Positions 37,854-48,549 of a stretch of DNA of 64,000 nucleotides are shown here, piece after piece. The position numbers and the translations under genes are program-made. The notes beneath the pieces were generated by a model that worked only from the letters and a program-made list of their open reading frames with translations, did not search any database and was not told the origin of the DNA. Source of the DNA: a virus; IMG/VR virus record IMGVR_UViG_3300034045_000019. One strand, 5' to 3'. Each line of letters begins with the position of its first letter. Within the stretch, counting starts at the first letter, position 1.

Positions 37854-39059
37854 TTAATCAAATAACTTGTCAGTAGACAAATCACTAGTTAAATTATCAT
37901 ATTCGTCATCGTTCATTTCTCCTTTTGCATTGATTAATGCGTTCTCTATTTCTTGTAATTCAGTAACTGACTTATATCTAAAATAATCTTTAATAATCGG
38001 TCTTAACGCTTTTAATACATCATCATTAAATACTAATTTGCTGTGTAAATTTGCTGTTTTTACGTGTTTGCCTAAATGTCTAACATACCACCTGTTTCCA
38101 CCGGGTACAAACTCGTCACCTACCATTTTACCTTTTGCTATACCAACTTTATCAAAATTTTCAGGTGTACACCATGTATCTAGTCCAGAAAAAGGATTTG
38201 ACCCAGACGCAAATGATAATTCCATTTTAACTCTTTTTGGTTTAACCATTCTATTTTTAACCATTTTAATAGTTAATAATAATCCAGATTGTCCTATGTC
38301 CATATCATCGATCTCACCAGTTTTTAATTTTGCTTTTGTCATAAACGCAATTGATGATGCTGAATAAAATAGTCCGTTTCCGCCTTTCATTTTATCTTGT
38401 GGAAATAAATCAAGTGTTTTATATGTATGGTTTGTACAAATCATCGGTATTCCCAACGCAGACAAATCAGATGTTATAATTCTAAAATATGAAGCTAATG
38501 CTTTAGCTTTTGTCATATCTGCTTTTTCTTTACCAGATTTAGCATCTTCGATTTCTTTACGAGAACCCATCATACCAACAGAATCAAGCACAAAAATAAA
38601 TCTATCTATTTCGTTGCCATCTTGTTTTTGTTCTTTTAATTTATCAAGTAACTGTGTAGTAAATATTTTCATATCTTCGATTACATTACTACGAACCAGC
38701 ATAAATTTATCTGGGTGTATATCTATACCATAATTTGGTAATTGGTCTAAATCAATTGCGTGTTCTGTGTCTATATAAATAACACCATATCCTTCTTTTT
38801 GTGCCTGTGCACAAATATTGTAACATAAAAATGATTTACCTACACCTGATTCACCCGCGAATACTGTAATTCTATTATCTGCGATCCCGCCCATAATATC
38901 ACCAGACAATACTGCATTTAATATGTATACACCAGTTCCAATTGTTTTGCGCTCAGCCGCACTTTGTGCTGTTTCGTGAACTATTGATGTTTTTTTTATC
39001 AAATTTTGTGTCAAATCTGTTATGTCCGAGAAATTAAACCCTTTTTTATTTTTTGCCAT
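37854..39059 (-). CDS. uvsX: RecA-like recombinase UvsX
   Basis: AGESGVGKS, YIDTE, VLDSVG, NHTY, KGGNGLFYSAS. Confidence 0.93.
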   Translation of the reverse strand: MAKNKKGFNFSDITDLTQNLIKKTSIVHETAQSAAERKTIGTGVYILNAVLSGDIMGGIADNRITVFAGESGVGKSFLCYNICAQAQKEGYGVIYIDTEHAIDLDQLPNYGIDIHPDKFMLVRSNVIEDMKIFTTQLLDKLKEQKQDGNEIDRFIFVLDSVGMMGSRKEIEDAKSGKEKADMTKAKALASYFRIITSDLSALGIPMICTNHTYKTLDLFPQDKMKGGNGLFYSASSIAFMTKAKLKTGEIDDMDIGQSGLLLTIKMVKNRMVKPKRVKMELSFASGSNPFSGLDTWCTPENFDKVGIAKGKMVGDEFVPGGNRWYVRHLGKHVKTANLHSKLVFNDDVLKALRPIIKDYFRYKSVTELQEIENALINAKGEMNDDEYDNLTSDLSTDKLFD

Positions 39060-39075
39060 AATTATTAATTTAATA

Positions 39076-39103
39076 ATTATACAAGAAAATAATTAACATG
39101 TTT
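39076..39103 (-). promoter_or_regulatory. Putative phage middle promoter AAAC-N18-TATAAT
   Basis: Upstream of the uvsX ATG. Confidence 0.5.
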
Positions 39104-39130
39104 AATATATTTTAACTATATTTTAAATAT

Positions 39131-39289
39131 ATGGATATTATAAAATACTTAAAAAAAGCAAATATAAATGTTGTAAAAATAGATGATAAATTTATTACAG
39201 TTGAAACTAATAAAATAACTAAAAAATTAGAAATAAAAAAATTAGAGCAATACTTATTTATTTGTTTGGTCGATTATATAAATGAATAA
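39131..39289 (+). CDS. Small hypothetical protein (52 aa, not in ORF track)
   Basis: MDIIKYLKKANINVVKIDDKFITVETNKITKKLEIKKLEQYLFICLVDYINE, translated by hand. Confidence 0.5.
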   Translation: MDIIKYLKKANINVVKIDDKFITVETNKITKKLEIKKLEQYLFICLVDYINE

Positions 39290-39297
39290 AAGATGCA

Positions 39298-39546
39298 TTA
39301 AGCATCTTTTAAGTCGTTTATTATATTAATTTTGTCAATTATATTTTCTTTCAATGCGTGTGATAACTCGCTACTTTCAAATTGAATATTATTAAGTGTT
39401 AATTTTTGGTAAATTTTGTTATAAATCAATTTATAATTAGCTTCATCAGTATTTAAAAAATTAGTTAAATCTTCTAATGTAATACCGGCTTTTATATATT
39501 CATTTAACACTATATTTATATATTTATGTATTTTTGGATTTATCAT
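39298..39546 (-). CDS. Hypothetical protein
   Basis: 82-aa ORF. Confidence 0.65.
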   Translation of the reverse strand: MINPKIHKYINIVLNEYIKAGITLEDLTNFLNTDEANYKLIYNKIYQKLTLNNIQFESSELSHALKENIIDKINIINDLKDA

Positions 39547-39935
39547 TCTTCATTATATTCACTGTGTGCAGCGTCACGTTGAGTTCTAAAATATTCTTCC
39601 ATCATTTCGCAATATCTTATATACTCGTCAGTTGTTAAACCACTAGTAATATCCGTATCTTTTTCTATATTTTCAATTGTGCGCTCAGCAAGACGTAAAA
39701 CATTATCCTCGTTTGTTACGGATTCAAATTTTTTCGGTCGTTTAACATTTTCTTTACTAACTACTTCTACAGCAATAACTGATGCATCGGCATCATTTAC
39801 AGTTACTTTTGCGCTTTCTAATGTATCTTCAAGATTTTTGTCATTTGGTAATACCACAGTTATTTGCAACTCTGCAATCACTTCAACAAATTTATTTTCG
39901 TCTTCTGATTCCTTTATTAATTTTGATAACTTCAT
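39543..39935 (-). CDS. Hypothetical protein, putative head protein
   Basis: MKLSKLIKES N-terminus; AATATATAA at 39955-39963 (minus strand). Confidence 0.7.
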   Translation of the reverse strand: MKLSKLIKESEDENKFVEVIAELQITVVLPNDKNLEDTLESAKVTVNDADASVIAVEVVSKENVKRPKKFESVTNEDNVLRLAERTIENIEKDTDITSGLTTDEYIRYCEMMEEYFRTQRDAAHSEYNEE

Positions 39936-39967
39936 TTAATTAAAATATTTTATTTTATATATTAATA

Positions 39968-40597
39968 TTAATCTAATATAATATTAGAACTAATTAACGA
40001 ATCATACACAAGTTTAGATGTCTCATCTATTTTCTTATCAAATTCAGTTCCTAACACTTCCCATACTTCGTTATTTCGCATTGACATATTTTTATATTTG
40101 TCTTCTTCTAAAAAATCGCCGGTAACATGATACACAGAGTACTCATAATTATTATCATATTTACGTACAAAAACATCAATTAATTCATAAACATCTTTAG
40201 TAACGTCAGTTTCAATATATTCTGGGCCTTCATAATAACCTAAGTTTTCTGTGCTCACTTGTTCAACTTCATATACTAATGTTATCTCTAAACTTTCAGT
40301 GATATTATTATCATGTTCTACTATTACAGTCACAATATATTCATACTCTTTTGTAATATCATTTAATACTATGTCGTTAAAGAAATGTTTAATAGTCACT
40401 TTGTTATACTTTGTGCTGTTCACATTGAATTCAAAATCATAATCATGTGTAGACTTCATTGTTTGTGATTCTAAATCAATTTCTTTTCTAATATTATCTA
40501 ATTGCGATAAAAATATAGAATATAGTTCAGTCGCATTAATTAATACTTGATTTTTAGCAGACTCATATACTTTATATTCATTTATACCTGTAATCAT
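39968..40597 (-). CDS. Acidic hypothetical protein, putative internal head protein
   Basis: MITGINEYKVYES N-terminus; AATATATAA at 40613-40621 (minus strand). Confidence 0.7.
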   Translation of the reverse strand: MITGINEYKVYESAKNQVLINATELYSIFLSQLDNIRKEIDLESQTMKSTHDYDFEFNVNSTKYNKVTIKHFFNDIVLNDITKEYEYIVTVIVEHDNNITESLEITLVYEVEQVSTENLGYYEGPEYIETDVTKDVYELIDVFVRKYDNNYEYSVYHVTGDFLEEDKYKNMSMRNNEVWEVLGTEFDKKIDETSKLVYDSLISSNIILD

Positions 40598-40621
40598 ATT
40601 AATTGTTTTTATTTATATATT

Positions 40622-40652
40622 AAAAAAGACTGTAAAAGATAACAGCCTTTTT
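40622..40652 (-). terminator. Intrinsic terminator after nrdA
   Basis: Minus strand AAGGCTGT-TATCTTTT-ACAGTCTT followed by T residues. Confidence 0.55.
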
Positions 40653-40667
40653 TTTCAATTTGTTTTA

Positions 40668-42827
40668 TTACGCTGAGCAGCCAAAGCAATCAAATTGCGA
40701 GTCTGCTGGTTTTTCTGGAATTTTATCTTTTCTGTCGAATAAATCACGGGTATCTTCAGCACTTTTCTTTTTTACTCTAGTATAATAACTGCCAGTTTTA
40801 TTTCCCAACTTCCATCCGTGTATTAACGCGCTTGACATTTTTGTAAAATCACCATTTTGGTAATACAAATTTAAACTAGTTGATTGATCAATATACGGAA
40901 ACGCATGATTTATCATTTCAATTCTTAATCGTTGTGATACTTCGTACGCGTTTTTATACATCAATCTTATATCCGCTGGTATTTCGTCTATATTCATAAT
41001 CGAACCACCATGTGACACTATTTTACGGGCAAGATCGTCATTCCATAAATTAAGCTTTTCTAAATCTTCAACTAAATTACGTTGAATCACAATAAATTCA
41101 CCTTTATCTAATTTGCGTTTATAAATCATTCCTTGTGGTACTTCAAAACTTTCAGTACACCCTAATAAATTTGAACTTGACGCAGTTGGCATCAACGCAA
41201 CAAATAATGAATTTGCTACTTTTTTAGTTAAATCTATTTCACCTTCAAATACACCCCATTTTTGTGGGTTAAAAATACCTTTAGCATATTCAGATTTGTC
41301 ATAATTTTTAAATGTTTTGCCAGTTTTTTCATAATATAATTGTGATCCTTCGACGGCACCTATATATATTTCACGCATTATTTTTCTAAACTCGTCTTTA
41401 GCGTCAGGTGACTCAAAGCTTAACCCTCGACTGTATAAGTACTCTGCTAATCCGGCAATACCAATACCAATAGTTCTTTGGTTAAGCCCACCACGTTTAG
41501 CTTTTTCAGTTGGATAAACATTATCATCTATGACAACATTTATATAATAACTTAATTTACGTGCAGCTTTACGAATATCTGTACAAGTGTGCAACGGAAT
41601 TGAACCTAATGCACATTGACCAGTTTCATTTTCATCAGCAAAAAGTGAAGTTTCTGCGCACAGATTTAATGATTTAACTTCACCAAAATGACTTTGCATA
41701 TTTTTTTTAGATATGTTTCCAGAATAAATAACATATGGCATACCAGTTGATGCTTGCGATGCTAATATTTTGACCCATATTTCTTTCGGTTTTATTGCTT
41801 CGCCTAAACCAAGGTTTACTGCTTTATTATATTCTGTTTTAAATTCTTCATTAGTGCATTCATAAAACGGTTTAATTTTAGCATCTGCCAAATCTTTTGG
41901 GCAAAATAAATAATAAGTATCATCATTTAATAATGCTTCCATAAAAATATCATCTACAACTACTCCAGTGAAAATATCACGCATACGTAATTTTTCGTCT
42001 CCTTCATTTAAACGCAGTTCAGTATGTGATATAATATCTTTATGCCAAGTCGGCGCATAAAGTGCAAACGCACCGGGGCGTTTACCTTTTTGGTTAAAAA
42101 AACGGGCTACTGCTTGTGCAATATCTGCAAATCTTACTATACCTGCTGCTTTTCCTTTATGTTTACCAACCAGATTTTTTGAACTTCGTAAATTACCAAT
42201 GTAAATACCTATGCCCGCACCATTTTTTGAGCTTTCAGCCATTTCTTTAGCTGAATTCATAATACCTTCTAAACTGTCTGATTCTAATATAGAAATATCA
42301 CAAGATATATAATTATTTTCCATACCATTACCAGCAGATAAATTTATAGGTGTTGCAAAATTCAATTGCTTTGCACTTAGCATATCGTATAACTCTTGGC
42401 GCTCTTTACCTGGTGTTTTTTCTAATGCTGTTGCTATACGTGCATACATATGTTGTGGTAATTCATTACCTAGTCTGTATGTTTTTTTAAATGTAGATAA
42501 CGCTAAATAATCAAAATTATAATCATTATTATAATTTAAGTTTAAATCTGGATATAAACTGGTATCAATGTCTTTGTGCATTGCGTCAATTTCGATTGAT
42601 GCTGCTAATAATGAATAATCAGGGTGTTTAAATGAACTATTTAGTGCTTCAATAATAATAATATTATCTATATCACTAACGGTCATTCCGTCTGTCACCT
42701 GTGGTATAACACGTTGTGCTAATACATCTGCATTTACACTTAATTTTTTCGTAGCTCGCTTAATCCTAGTTAATATTTTATTCGGGTTAAATGGTTGGCT
42801 AGTGCCATCATTTTTTATTATTCTCAT
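40668..42827 (-). CDS. nrdA: Class Ia ribonucleotide reductase alpha subunit with ATP cone
   Basis: N-terminal ATP cone, ISC, SLNLCAE, MPTASSS, GSYY, terminal CFGCSA. Confidence 0.96.
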   Translation of the reverse strand: MRIIKNDGTSQPFNPNKILTRIKRATKKLSVNADVLAQRVIPQVTDGMTVSDIDNIIIIEALNSSFKHPDYSLLAASIEIDAMHKDIDTSLYPDLNLNYNNDYNFDYLALSTFKKTYRLGNELPQHMYARIATALEKTPGKERQELYDMLSAKQLNFATPINLSAGNGMENNYISCDISILESDSLEGIMNSAKEMAESSKNGAGIGIYIGNLRSSKNLVGKHKGKAAGIVRFADIAQAVARFFNQKGKRPGAFALYAPTWHKDIISHTELRLNEGDEKLRMRDIFTGVVVDDIFMEALLNDDTYYLFCPKDLADAKIKPFYECTNEEFKTEYNKAVNLGLGEAIKPKEIWVKILASQASTGMPYVIYSGNISKKNMQSHFGEVKSLNLCAETSLFADENETGQCALGSIPLHTCTDIRKAARKLSYYINVVIDDNVYPTEKAKRGGLNQRTIGIGIAGLAEYLYSRGLSFESPDAKDEFRKIMREIYIGAVEGSQLYYEKTGKTFKNYDKSEYAKGIFNPQKWGVFEGEIDLTKKVANSLFVALMPTASSSNLLGCTESFEVPQGMIYKRKLDKGEFIVIQRNLVEDLEKLNLWNDDLARKIVSHGGSIMNIDEIPADIRLMYKNAYEVSQRLRIEMINHAFPYIDQSTSLNLYYQNGDFTKMSSALIHGWKLGNKTGSYYTRVKKKSAEDTRDLFDRKDKIPEKPADSQFDCFGCSA

Positions 42828-42870
42828 ATATTTTATTTTATTTTATTTTATTTTTTTATTATTAAATTGT

Positions 42871-43830
42871 TTAAAATTCGTCATCATATAAGTTACCGCC
42901 TATACCAACTAATCGATTATACTCACCACTTTTTACTTCAAAGAAATTTTGTCTTTCCACTATAGAAAATGCAGACATATGATCTAACGGTTGTTGTACG
43001 TTAAACACCATGTCAATACCATAATAACCTAATAAACTATCTGTTACATATTTAATATAAGTCAACATACGCTCTTTTGGTAACCCTATAATTTGGTTAT
43101 CACCATAAATTGAATTAACAAAGTCTTTTTCGCTTTCGTAGCAGTCTAAAATCATTTCTTTGATTGTTTCTTTAGGTATTTTATATTCTTGTTTAATATA
43201 CTTTTCATGCATATTTATACCAAATTGCATATGTAATACTTCGTCTGTTAAAATTAATTCGTTTGCTTGTCCTAGACCAGCTAATTTAGGATATTGCTTT
43301 CTAAAAAACATTAAAAACGCAAATGTTGATGAAAAAAATAAACCTTCAACTAACGAAAATGCAACTACTCTTTCAATTAATGTTCCATTTTTTAACCACT
43401 TTTCTGCCCATTTTACTTTAGATTTAACTATTGGATTTGTTTCCATAGCTCTAAACATTTCATCTTTTTCTTTATCGTCAGTAATTAATTGATCAATTAA
43501 TCTTGAATATGTTTCTGAATGAACATCTTCAATATACGCTTGATAAATATAATTCGATTTTATTTCTTCAATGCATGAAAATTCTTTTATTATTTCATCT
43601 GCCAAATTATCTTGAACTAATTTATCAGATACTCCAAAAAATGCTAATAAATTTTTTAAAATTATAACTTCAGATTCTGGTATTCCATCCAATGTATCGT
43701 CGCCTAACGATACCTCTTCTGCTGTCCATATTTTAGATTGTTGTTTTTTGAAAAAATCCCACAATTCTGTGTGTTGTATAGGAAATTTTGTGTCCCTATC
43801 GCCATTTGTGATGTTTAAATATTTACTCAT
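42871..43830 (-). CDS. nrdB: Class Ia ribonucleotide reductase beta subunit
   Basis: WTAEEV, EDVHSETY, EGLFFSS, DEVLH, NFFE..GEY. Confidence 0.96.
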   Translation of the reverse strand: MSKYLNITNGDRDTKFPIQHTELWDFFKKQQSKIWTAEEVSLGDDTLDGIPESEVIILKNLLAFFGVSDKLVQDNLADEIIKEFSCIEEIKSNYIYQAYIEDVHSETYSRLIDQLITDDKEKDEMFRAMETNPIVKSKVKWAEKWLKNGTLIERVVAFSLVEGLFFSSTFAFLMFFRKQYPKLAGLGQANELILTDEVLHMQFGINMHEKYIKQEYKIPKETIKEMILDCYESEKDFVNSIYGDNQIIGLPKERMLTYIKYVTDSLLGYYGIDMVFNVQQPLDHMSAFSIVERQNFFEVKSGEYNRLVGIGGNLYDDEF

Positions 43831-43882
43831 ATTTGTTTTATTTTTATTTTATTTTATTTTTAGAATTCATTGCAAATATTAA

Positions 43883-43910
43883 TTTATATGATTATTTTGT
43901 ATAAATGTTT
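43883..43910 (-). promoter_or_regulatory. Putative phage middle promoter AAAC-N18-TATAAA
   Basis: Upstream of nrdB-nrdA. Confidence 0.5.
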
Positions 43911-44156
43911 TTATATTATATAAATTAATTTTTTAAAACCATTATATTCAACTAAATAACAATATAAATTAGTTTTAGTACATTTATATATTTACATGTT
44001 TTTTTTAATTAGTGGGAGCAAAAAATAAATATATTGAGTTTTTTTTTATCACATCTGAAACTTTATTACGACATAAATACTTATTTATATACAACCGATA
44101 GTTTTTTAATATATAGAAATATTAAAAAGCATAAACAGAATAAAATAAATAAAAAG

Positions 44157-44756
44157 ATGAAAACTAATTACGAAAAAAAATTTGAGAGTATAACTAATAT
44201 AAATTTCAATGAATTCTACAATAAATACTACATACGTTTAAAACGGTATATTATGAAATTCAATATATCTGATACCGATTCAGATGAAATAACAAGTATC
44301 GCATTTATGAAGTCGCTAGACAAAATTGACTCATTCGACCCAAAATACACATACAAAACTTGGTTATTTACTATCGCTAAACGTTTAGCGTTACAACACA
44401 AAATAGATCAAAAGAAAATAATTAATGTAGATGTAAATGAGTCATCACAAAATGATAGCGGTGAATATGAGAACAGAAATATTTTAATAACACAAGAAGA
44501 AGTCGACGACCCTAACGAGACTGTTGAGTATGAAAAGCATGTAGCTATGAAATATAATGCAACACTTGCTGAAATATCAAAGTTAGATATTAAATATAGA
44601 CGATTTTTAGAACTGTATAATATTGAGGGTAAATCTTATAATGAAATTGTTGAAATAATGGGTGTACCATTACAAACAGTAAAAAATAGGTTACATTATG
44701 GTCGTAACAAAATCACAAAAATTATTAATAACAAAATACCTAAATATATAATATAA
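44157..44756 (+). CDS. ECF-type sigma factor
   Basis: FDPKYTYKTWLFTIAKR, SYNEIVEIMGVPLQTVKNRLHYGR; start moved to MKTNYE. Confidence 0.9.
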   Translation: MKTNYEKKFESITNINFNEFYNKYYIRLKRYIMKFNISDTDSDEITSIAFMKSLDKIDSFDPKYTYKTWLFTIAKRLALQHKIDQKKIINVDVNESSQNDSGEYENRNILITQEEVDDPNETVEYEKHVAMKYNATLAEISKLDIKYRRFLELYNIEGKSYNEIVEIMGVPLQTVKNRLHYGRNKITKIINNKIPKYII

Positions 44757-44810
44757 CACATATTTTGTAATTAAATTATACTTTTAATATATAAATTAAA
44801 GATTAAAATT

Positions 44811-46208
44811 ATGGATTATAAAATATTAAATAAATCGCCATTTGACACGGACGATAGTTATATAACAATTCACAAGAAAATAAAAAAAATTATAGATTCA
44901 ACTAATGAAGATAAATTGGAAGATGCCATTTTAAAATTATTAACGGACGACCCGGTAAAAAATCATATCACTGGGCAAGTACTTGATGATTTAGGATATA
45001 TTGAATTAAGTAAGACTTTTTATAATAAAGCTAAAGAACAAGGTTATAATATTGGCCAGGGTGAATTAAATTATGCTAATACTATAACAGAAGCACAAGA
45101 TTATGCAAATTTAGCTAGTATTTATGAATTACACATGGGAGTAAAACCTGAAAATGATCCTAATTTACAAGAGAATATACATAAATTTATTGAAAGTTTA
45201 GGTGTTGAATATGATAAAGAAGAAATCGAAAATGAACTTAAAAAATTTCACTCGGTTTATTTTGATAATGATATGACTAGACAAAAAGTTGTAGAAAATG
45301 CGCTAAAACAGTATGACGTTGAATTGTTATACAAAGATGGTACAGTTGCTAATATTACAATCGAAGGTACTATTGATGAAATTAAAGATAAATATGTATC
45401 AGGCAAAAAATATAATTTAGGTACTCCTGATGGTGTCGAATTAGAATTAGACCATATTAAAATTTGGGATAATGGTAAATTAGTTAAAGAATCATCTGTG
45501 CATATAGTAGATTCTAATCATATACAAAAATTTATGTATAAAAATGAATTTATAGATATTTATAATTATAAATACGAAAAACCTGAATACGATATAACTG
45601 CTCTTAAATATATTATTAATGAAGACCCGTTTTTAACATATACGTATAATGAGTTAATGGAAGGTGACTGGCAAAAAGATTTTGATATGATGTTTAATAA
45701 TTATATTAAAAATGATGAGGATTTTTTAAAAAAATTAAAAACGAAAGAAAAATATATGATGTCATTAAATGAAAATTTAGTTGCAGATTCATTAATAAAA
45801 AGTCAAATAGTAGATTTATTAAACTCACAAGAATTAAATTTTGACGCACCAGTATTAAATAAAATCGTATTGGAAATTGAAAATATAATTGAAACATTAA
45901 AAGTATCTCTTAAAACTGAAATTTCCACTAGTGATGCTAATACAAAATTTGAATTCGCCGAAAAAATATCTAGCTTATCATCGTTTGAGTTGTTAAATAA
46001 ATTTAGTAGATTAAAATATAAAGATATTAATGAGATTACTACTAAAGATATTATTGAAACTTTTAACATAAATGAAGAGTTAAGCACAATTATTGTTAAT
46101 ATGCTTAATGATGTTTATAACACAATTAATTCCCCTATAACATATAGTTCATATGCTGACACCGTTATATTCTATATAACTTGTGTGTTGCTATTGAAAT
46201 CCATATAA
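44811..46208 (+). CDS. Hypothetical multi-domain protein, possible head protein
   Basis: 465 aa; AATATATAA at 44786-44794; internal SLNE/INEE junctions. Confidence 0.75.
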   Translation: MDYKILNKSPFDTDDSYITIHKKIKKIIDSTNEDKLEDAILKLLTDDPVKNHITGQVLDDLGYIELSKTFYNKAKEQGYNIGQGELNYANTITEAQDYANLASIYELHMGVKPENDPNLQENIHKFIESLGVEYDKEEIENELKKFHSVYFDNDMTRQKVVENALKQYDVELLYKDGTVANITIEGTIDEIKDKYVSGKKYNLGTPDGVELELDHIKIWDNGKLVKESSVHIVDSNHIQKFMYKNEFIDIYNYKYEKPEYDITALKYIINEDPFLTYTYNELMEGDWQKDFDMMFNNYIKNDEDFLKKLKTKEKYMMSLNENLVADSLIKSQIVDLLNSQELNFDAPVLNKIVLEIENIIETLKVSLKTEISTSDANTKFEFAEKISSLSSFELLNKFSRLKYKDINEITTKDIIETFNINEELSTIIVNMLNDVYNTINSPITYSSYADTVIFYITCVLLLKSI

Positions 46209-46213
46209 ACATA

Positions 46214-46258
46214 AAAATAAAAAAAGAGAATCAATTTTGATTCTCTTTTTTTTATTTT
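46214..46258. terminator. Bidirectional intrinsic terminator
   Basis: AAAAAAAGAGAATCAA-TT-TTGATTCTCTTTTTTT between convergent genes. Confidence 0.85.
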
Positions 46259-48515
46259 AAAAATTGCCATATTTAGGCAAATTTAATACTGGTTCGGCGT
46301 TATCCACAAGTATAGTTAATTGTGAATCGCTAACAACTTGTTCATTTAATACGATTTTACGTTTTTTTGTTGGTACTGGAGTATTCCATAGACGTATATT
46401 TGTAATATACCATTTCTTGCTATTCCCAGTTTGTACATGTGTGTCTGCACCGCCAATATAAATAACATTATCTATATCAAATTCAAATGGGTTGATGTTA
46501 AATTTTAGTTTGTTAACCAATACTAATTGTGAATCATTTAAAATTATTCCATTTTCATTTTGTCGTTTATAAATTGCCAATTCTATTTGCTCTTTTGTTT
46601 GATCTATATTAGCTAATATACAATACCATATATCTTTTTTGAGATTCGCGTTCATTTGAAAAATGCCATTATTCAATTGTAATTCTAATACATTATTCGC
46701 CAATTTCAATTTATAACCGGCATTATTTACGGTGTCAAAATTATTAAATAAATCCCATTCATATGTTGGTGAATAATCTTCGGTTTTAAACCAAAACGAT
46801 ATTGCCCTATTGCTTCCTTTAGTTAATAAGTTATCTTTTTGTACATACTTAACTAATTTTTTATTTTTACTTTTAATAGGCATTTCATACCGAGTAGTAG
46901 ATAACGTTAATGTCGCATTTCGTAACTCGTGTTTAGATATAATTACATCCGGGTGTATTTCGCTTCTAACACTAATATCTGTTGTCGGTGTATGCTGATG
47001 TGAGCTTATTCCATCAGTTATTGGGATGTCGTCTTTAGTTACTTTTTTAATTTCATTATCTACATCAAAACCGAATAAACCGTCCAGCGTTGTATGTTTA
47101 GTTAATGCGTCTATCAATTGCTTAGCGTCTTGTCCGTCTTGTGTGTTTGCGTATTTACGTGACGCTCTATCATTATATTTTTTCAATAATACTCTATAAT
47201 ATGTTTCAGCATGCATAAATCCACGTTGTGGAAACATACGTTCAACTTCCCATAATTGATTCATATCACAAAAATAAATAACATCTCGGGTGGAAGGTCT
47301 AAACTCGACCCCGAATGTGTCTTTAAATTTATTTTTCATTATATGCACTTCAAATGATTGAATTAAATCTAAATCTAATCCAGAAAAATTTATAGTTTCG
47401 TGCATAAATTGATTTTTTGGTACGACTATATTTATATCGCCCATTTTAATAACATTATGTATTTGTTCTTCGTGTAATACTTTATCAATACCTTTCGCGT
47501 CTGGGTCAGTTAATAAATATGTCACTTTCCAACTATTTACACTATTAATATAATCATTTAACTCATTATATGTTTTAATTTGTGCAGCCCACAAATTTCT
47601 ATCATTTAATTGTGTATAATTTTTACTCGTGCATCCATCAGTACAATCATTCAAATTAGTATTCCACGGTGTTTCACTCGCAGAACAAGGCTGGCACGAT
47701 TTTGCTGAGTTTATATTACCACTCGCGTCGCATGAAACCGAATTAGCGTCTACACCATTTAATAATGGGTTACATTGTGTTTTTAGTCCTAGTCTTGCAA
47801 TTGTTTGATAATCGGCAGTTATATTTTGGAATTCACCAATTAACTCCATATCAAATAGTGACACATCCACATTTGAAGTGTTTTCAAATGCAAATTGGAA
47901 ATCACAAAATTTTATTTTAGATATTTCTAAATTTGCTAAATTTTCATCTGTTGCTTTAACCCATTCTGACCAATGTCGGCCCTGGGATTGAGTGAATCTT
48001 AAATACACATTTATATCAGCATTACTTGACGTGAATAATTGTAGGCCAGTGATATTAAACACTTTATATGTATCAGCGTTTGAAAATACTCTAGTTTCAT
48101 TTGCTGGTATTATAGTGGGTTCAAATATATCCGCAACGCGTCGTTCACCAGTGAAAAAAAGCTCTTGCAATGTGATCGGGTTTGGTACAGTTAAATTAGA
48201 TACAAACGTGTATCTAAATTGAATCCAAAAATCTGTTGTAGGTATTGTAATATTACTAAAATCATTTAACATTGGTAACCATGTACCAAATGTTATATTA
48301 TCTGTAGATATTCTGTATTCTTTATTAAAATAATTATCTGCGTCAACGCCAATTGTAGTGTCATAATTTTCTAATAATGTTACTACATTTTTTAAACTAT
48401 ACGGGTGTGCTAAAATGAAGCTATCACCGTTATTAATAAATACACCGTCATCTATTGTAAAATCTGCTTCTAATTTAGATTCAAATACATGATTAATTGA
48501 AAAGTTACTTGTCAT
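46257..48515 (-). CDS. Virion protein: T4 gp14-like neck/head-completion core with a C-terminal LamG-like domain
   Basis: SFEVHIMKNKFKDTFGVEFRPSTRDVIYFCDMNQLWEV resembles gp14; AISFWFK..WYCILANID..IYIGG..ITNIRLWN is LamG-like. Confidence 0.55.
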   Translation of the reverse strand: MTSNFSINHVFESKLEADFTIDDGVFINNGDSFILAHPYSLKNVVTLLENYDTTIGVDADNYFNKEYRISTDNITFGTWLPMLNDFSNITIPTTDFWIQFRYTFVSNLTVPNPITLQELFFTGERRVADIFEPTIIPANETRVFSNADTYKVFNITGLQLFTSSNADINVYLRFTQSQGRHWSEWVKATDENLANLEISKIKFCDFQFAFENTSNVDVSLFDMELIGEFQNITADYQTIARLGLKTQCNPLLNGVDANSVSCDASGNINSAKSCQPCSASETPWNTNLNDCTDGCTSKNYTQLNDRNLWAAQIKTYNELNDYINSVNSWKVTYLLTDPDAKGIDKVLHEEQIHNVIKMGDINIVVPKNQFMHETINFSGLDLDLIQSFEVHIMKNKFKDTFGVEFRPSTRDVIYFCDMNQLWEVERMFPQRGFMHAETYYRVLLKKYNDRASRKYANTQDGQDAKQLIDALTKHTTLDGLFGFDVDNEIKKVTKDDIPITDGISSHQHTPTTDISVRSEIHPDVIISKHELRNATLTLSTTRYEMPIKSKNKKLVKYVQKDNLLTKGSNRAISFWFKTEDYSPTYEWDLFNNFDTVNNAGYKLKLANNVLELQLNNGIFQMNANLKKDIWYCILANIDQTKEQIELAIYKRQNENGIILNDSQLVLVNKLKFNINPFEFDIDNVIYIGGADTHVQTGNSKKWYITNIRLWNTPVPTKKRKIVLNEQVVSDSQLTILVDNAEPVLNLPKYGNF

Positions 48516-48516
48516 A

Positions 48517-48532
48517 TTATTATATATAATAA
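48517..48532. promoter_or_regulatory. Palindromic putative bidirectional late promoter
   Basis: TTATTATATATAATAA between divergent starts 48515 and 48550. Confidence 0.5.
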
Positions 48533-48549
48533 AAAGAATAATTTAATCA

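Noticed and set aside
44034-44156. N-terminal extension of the ECF sigma as given in the ORF track
   Set aside because: The extension is low-complexity intergenic-like sequence; ATG 44157 has the usual A-rich leader
4657-46258. Near-identical terminators at 4657-4704 and 46214-46258 as a dispersed repeat or mobile element end
   Set aside because: The similarity is confined to A/T tracts and a short GAGA/TCTC stem and is adequately explained as ordinary intrinsic terminators
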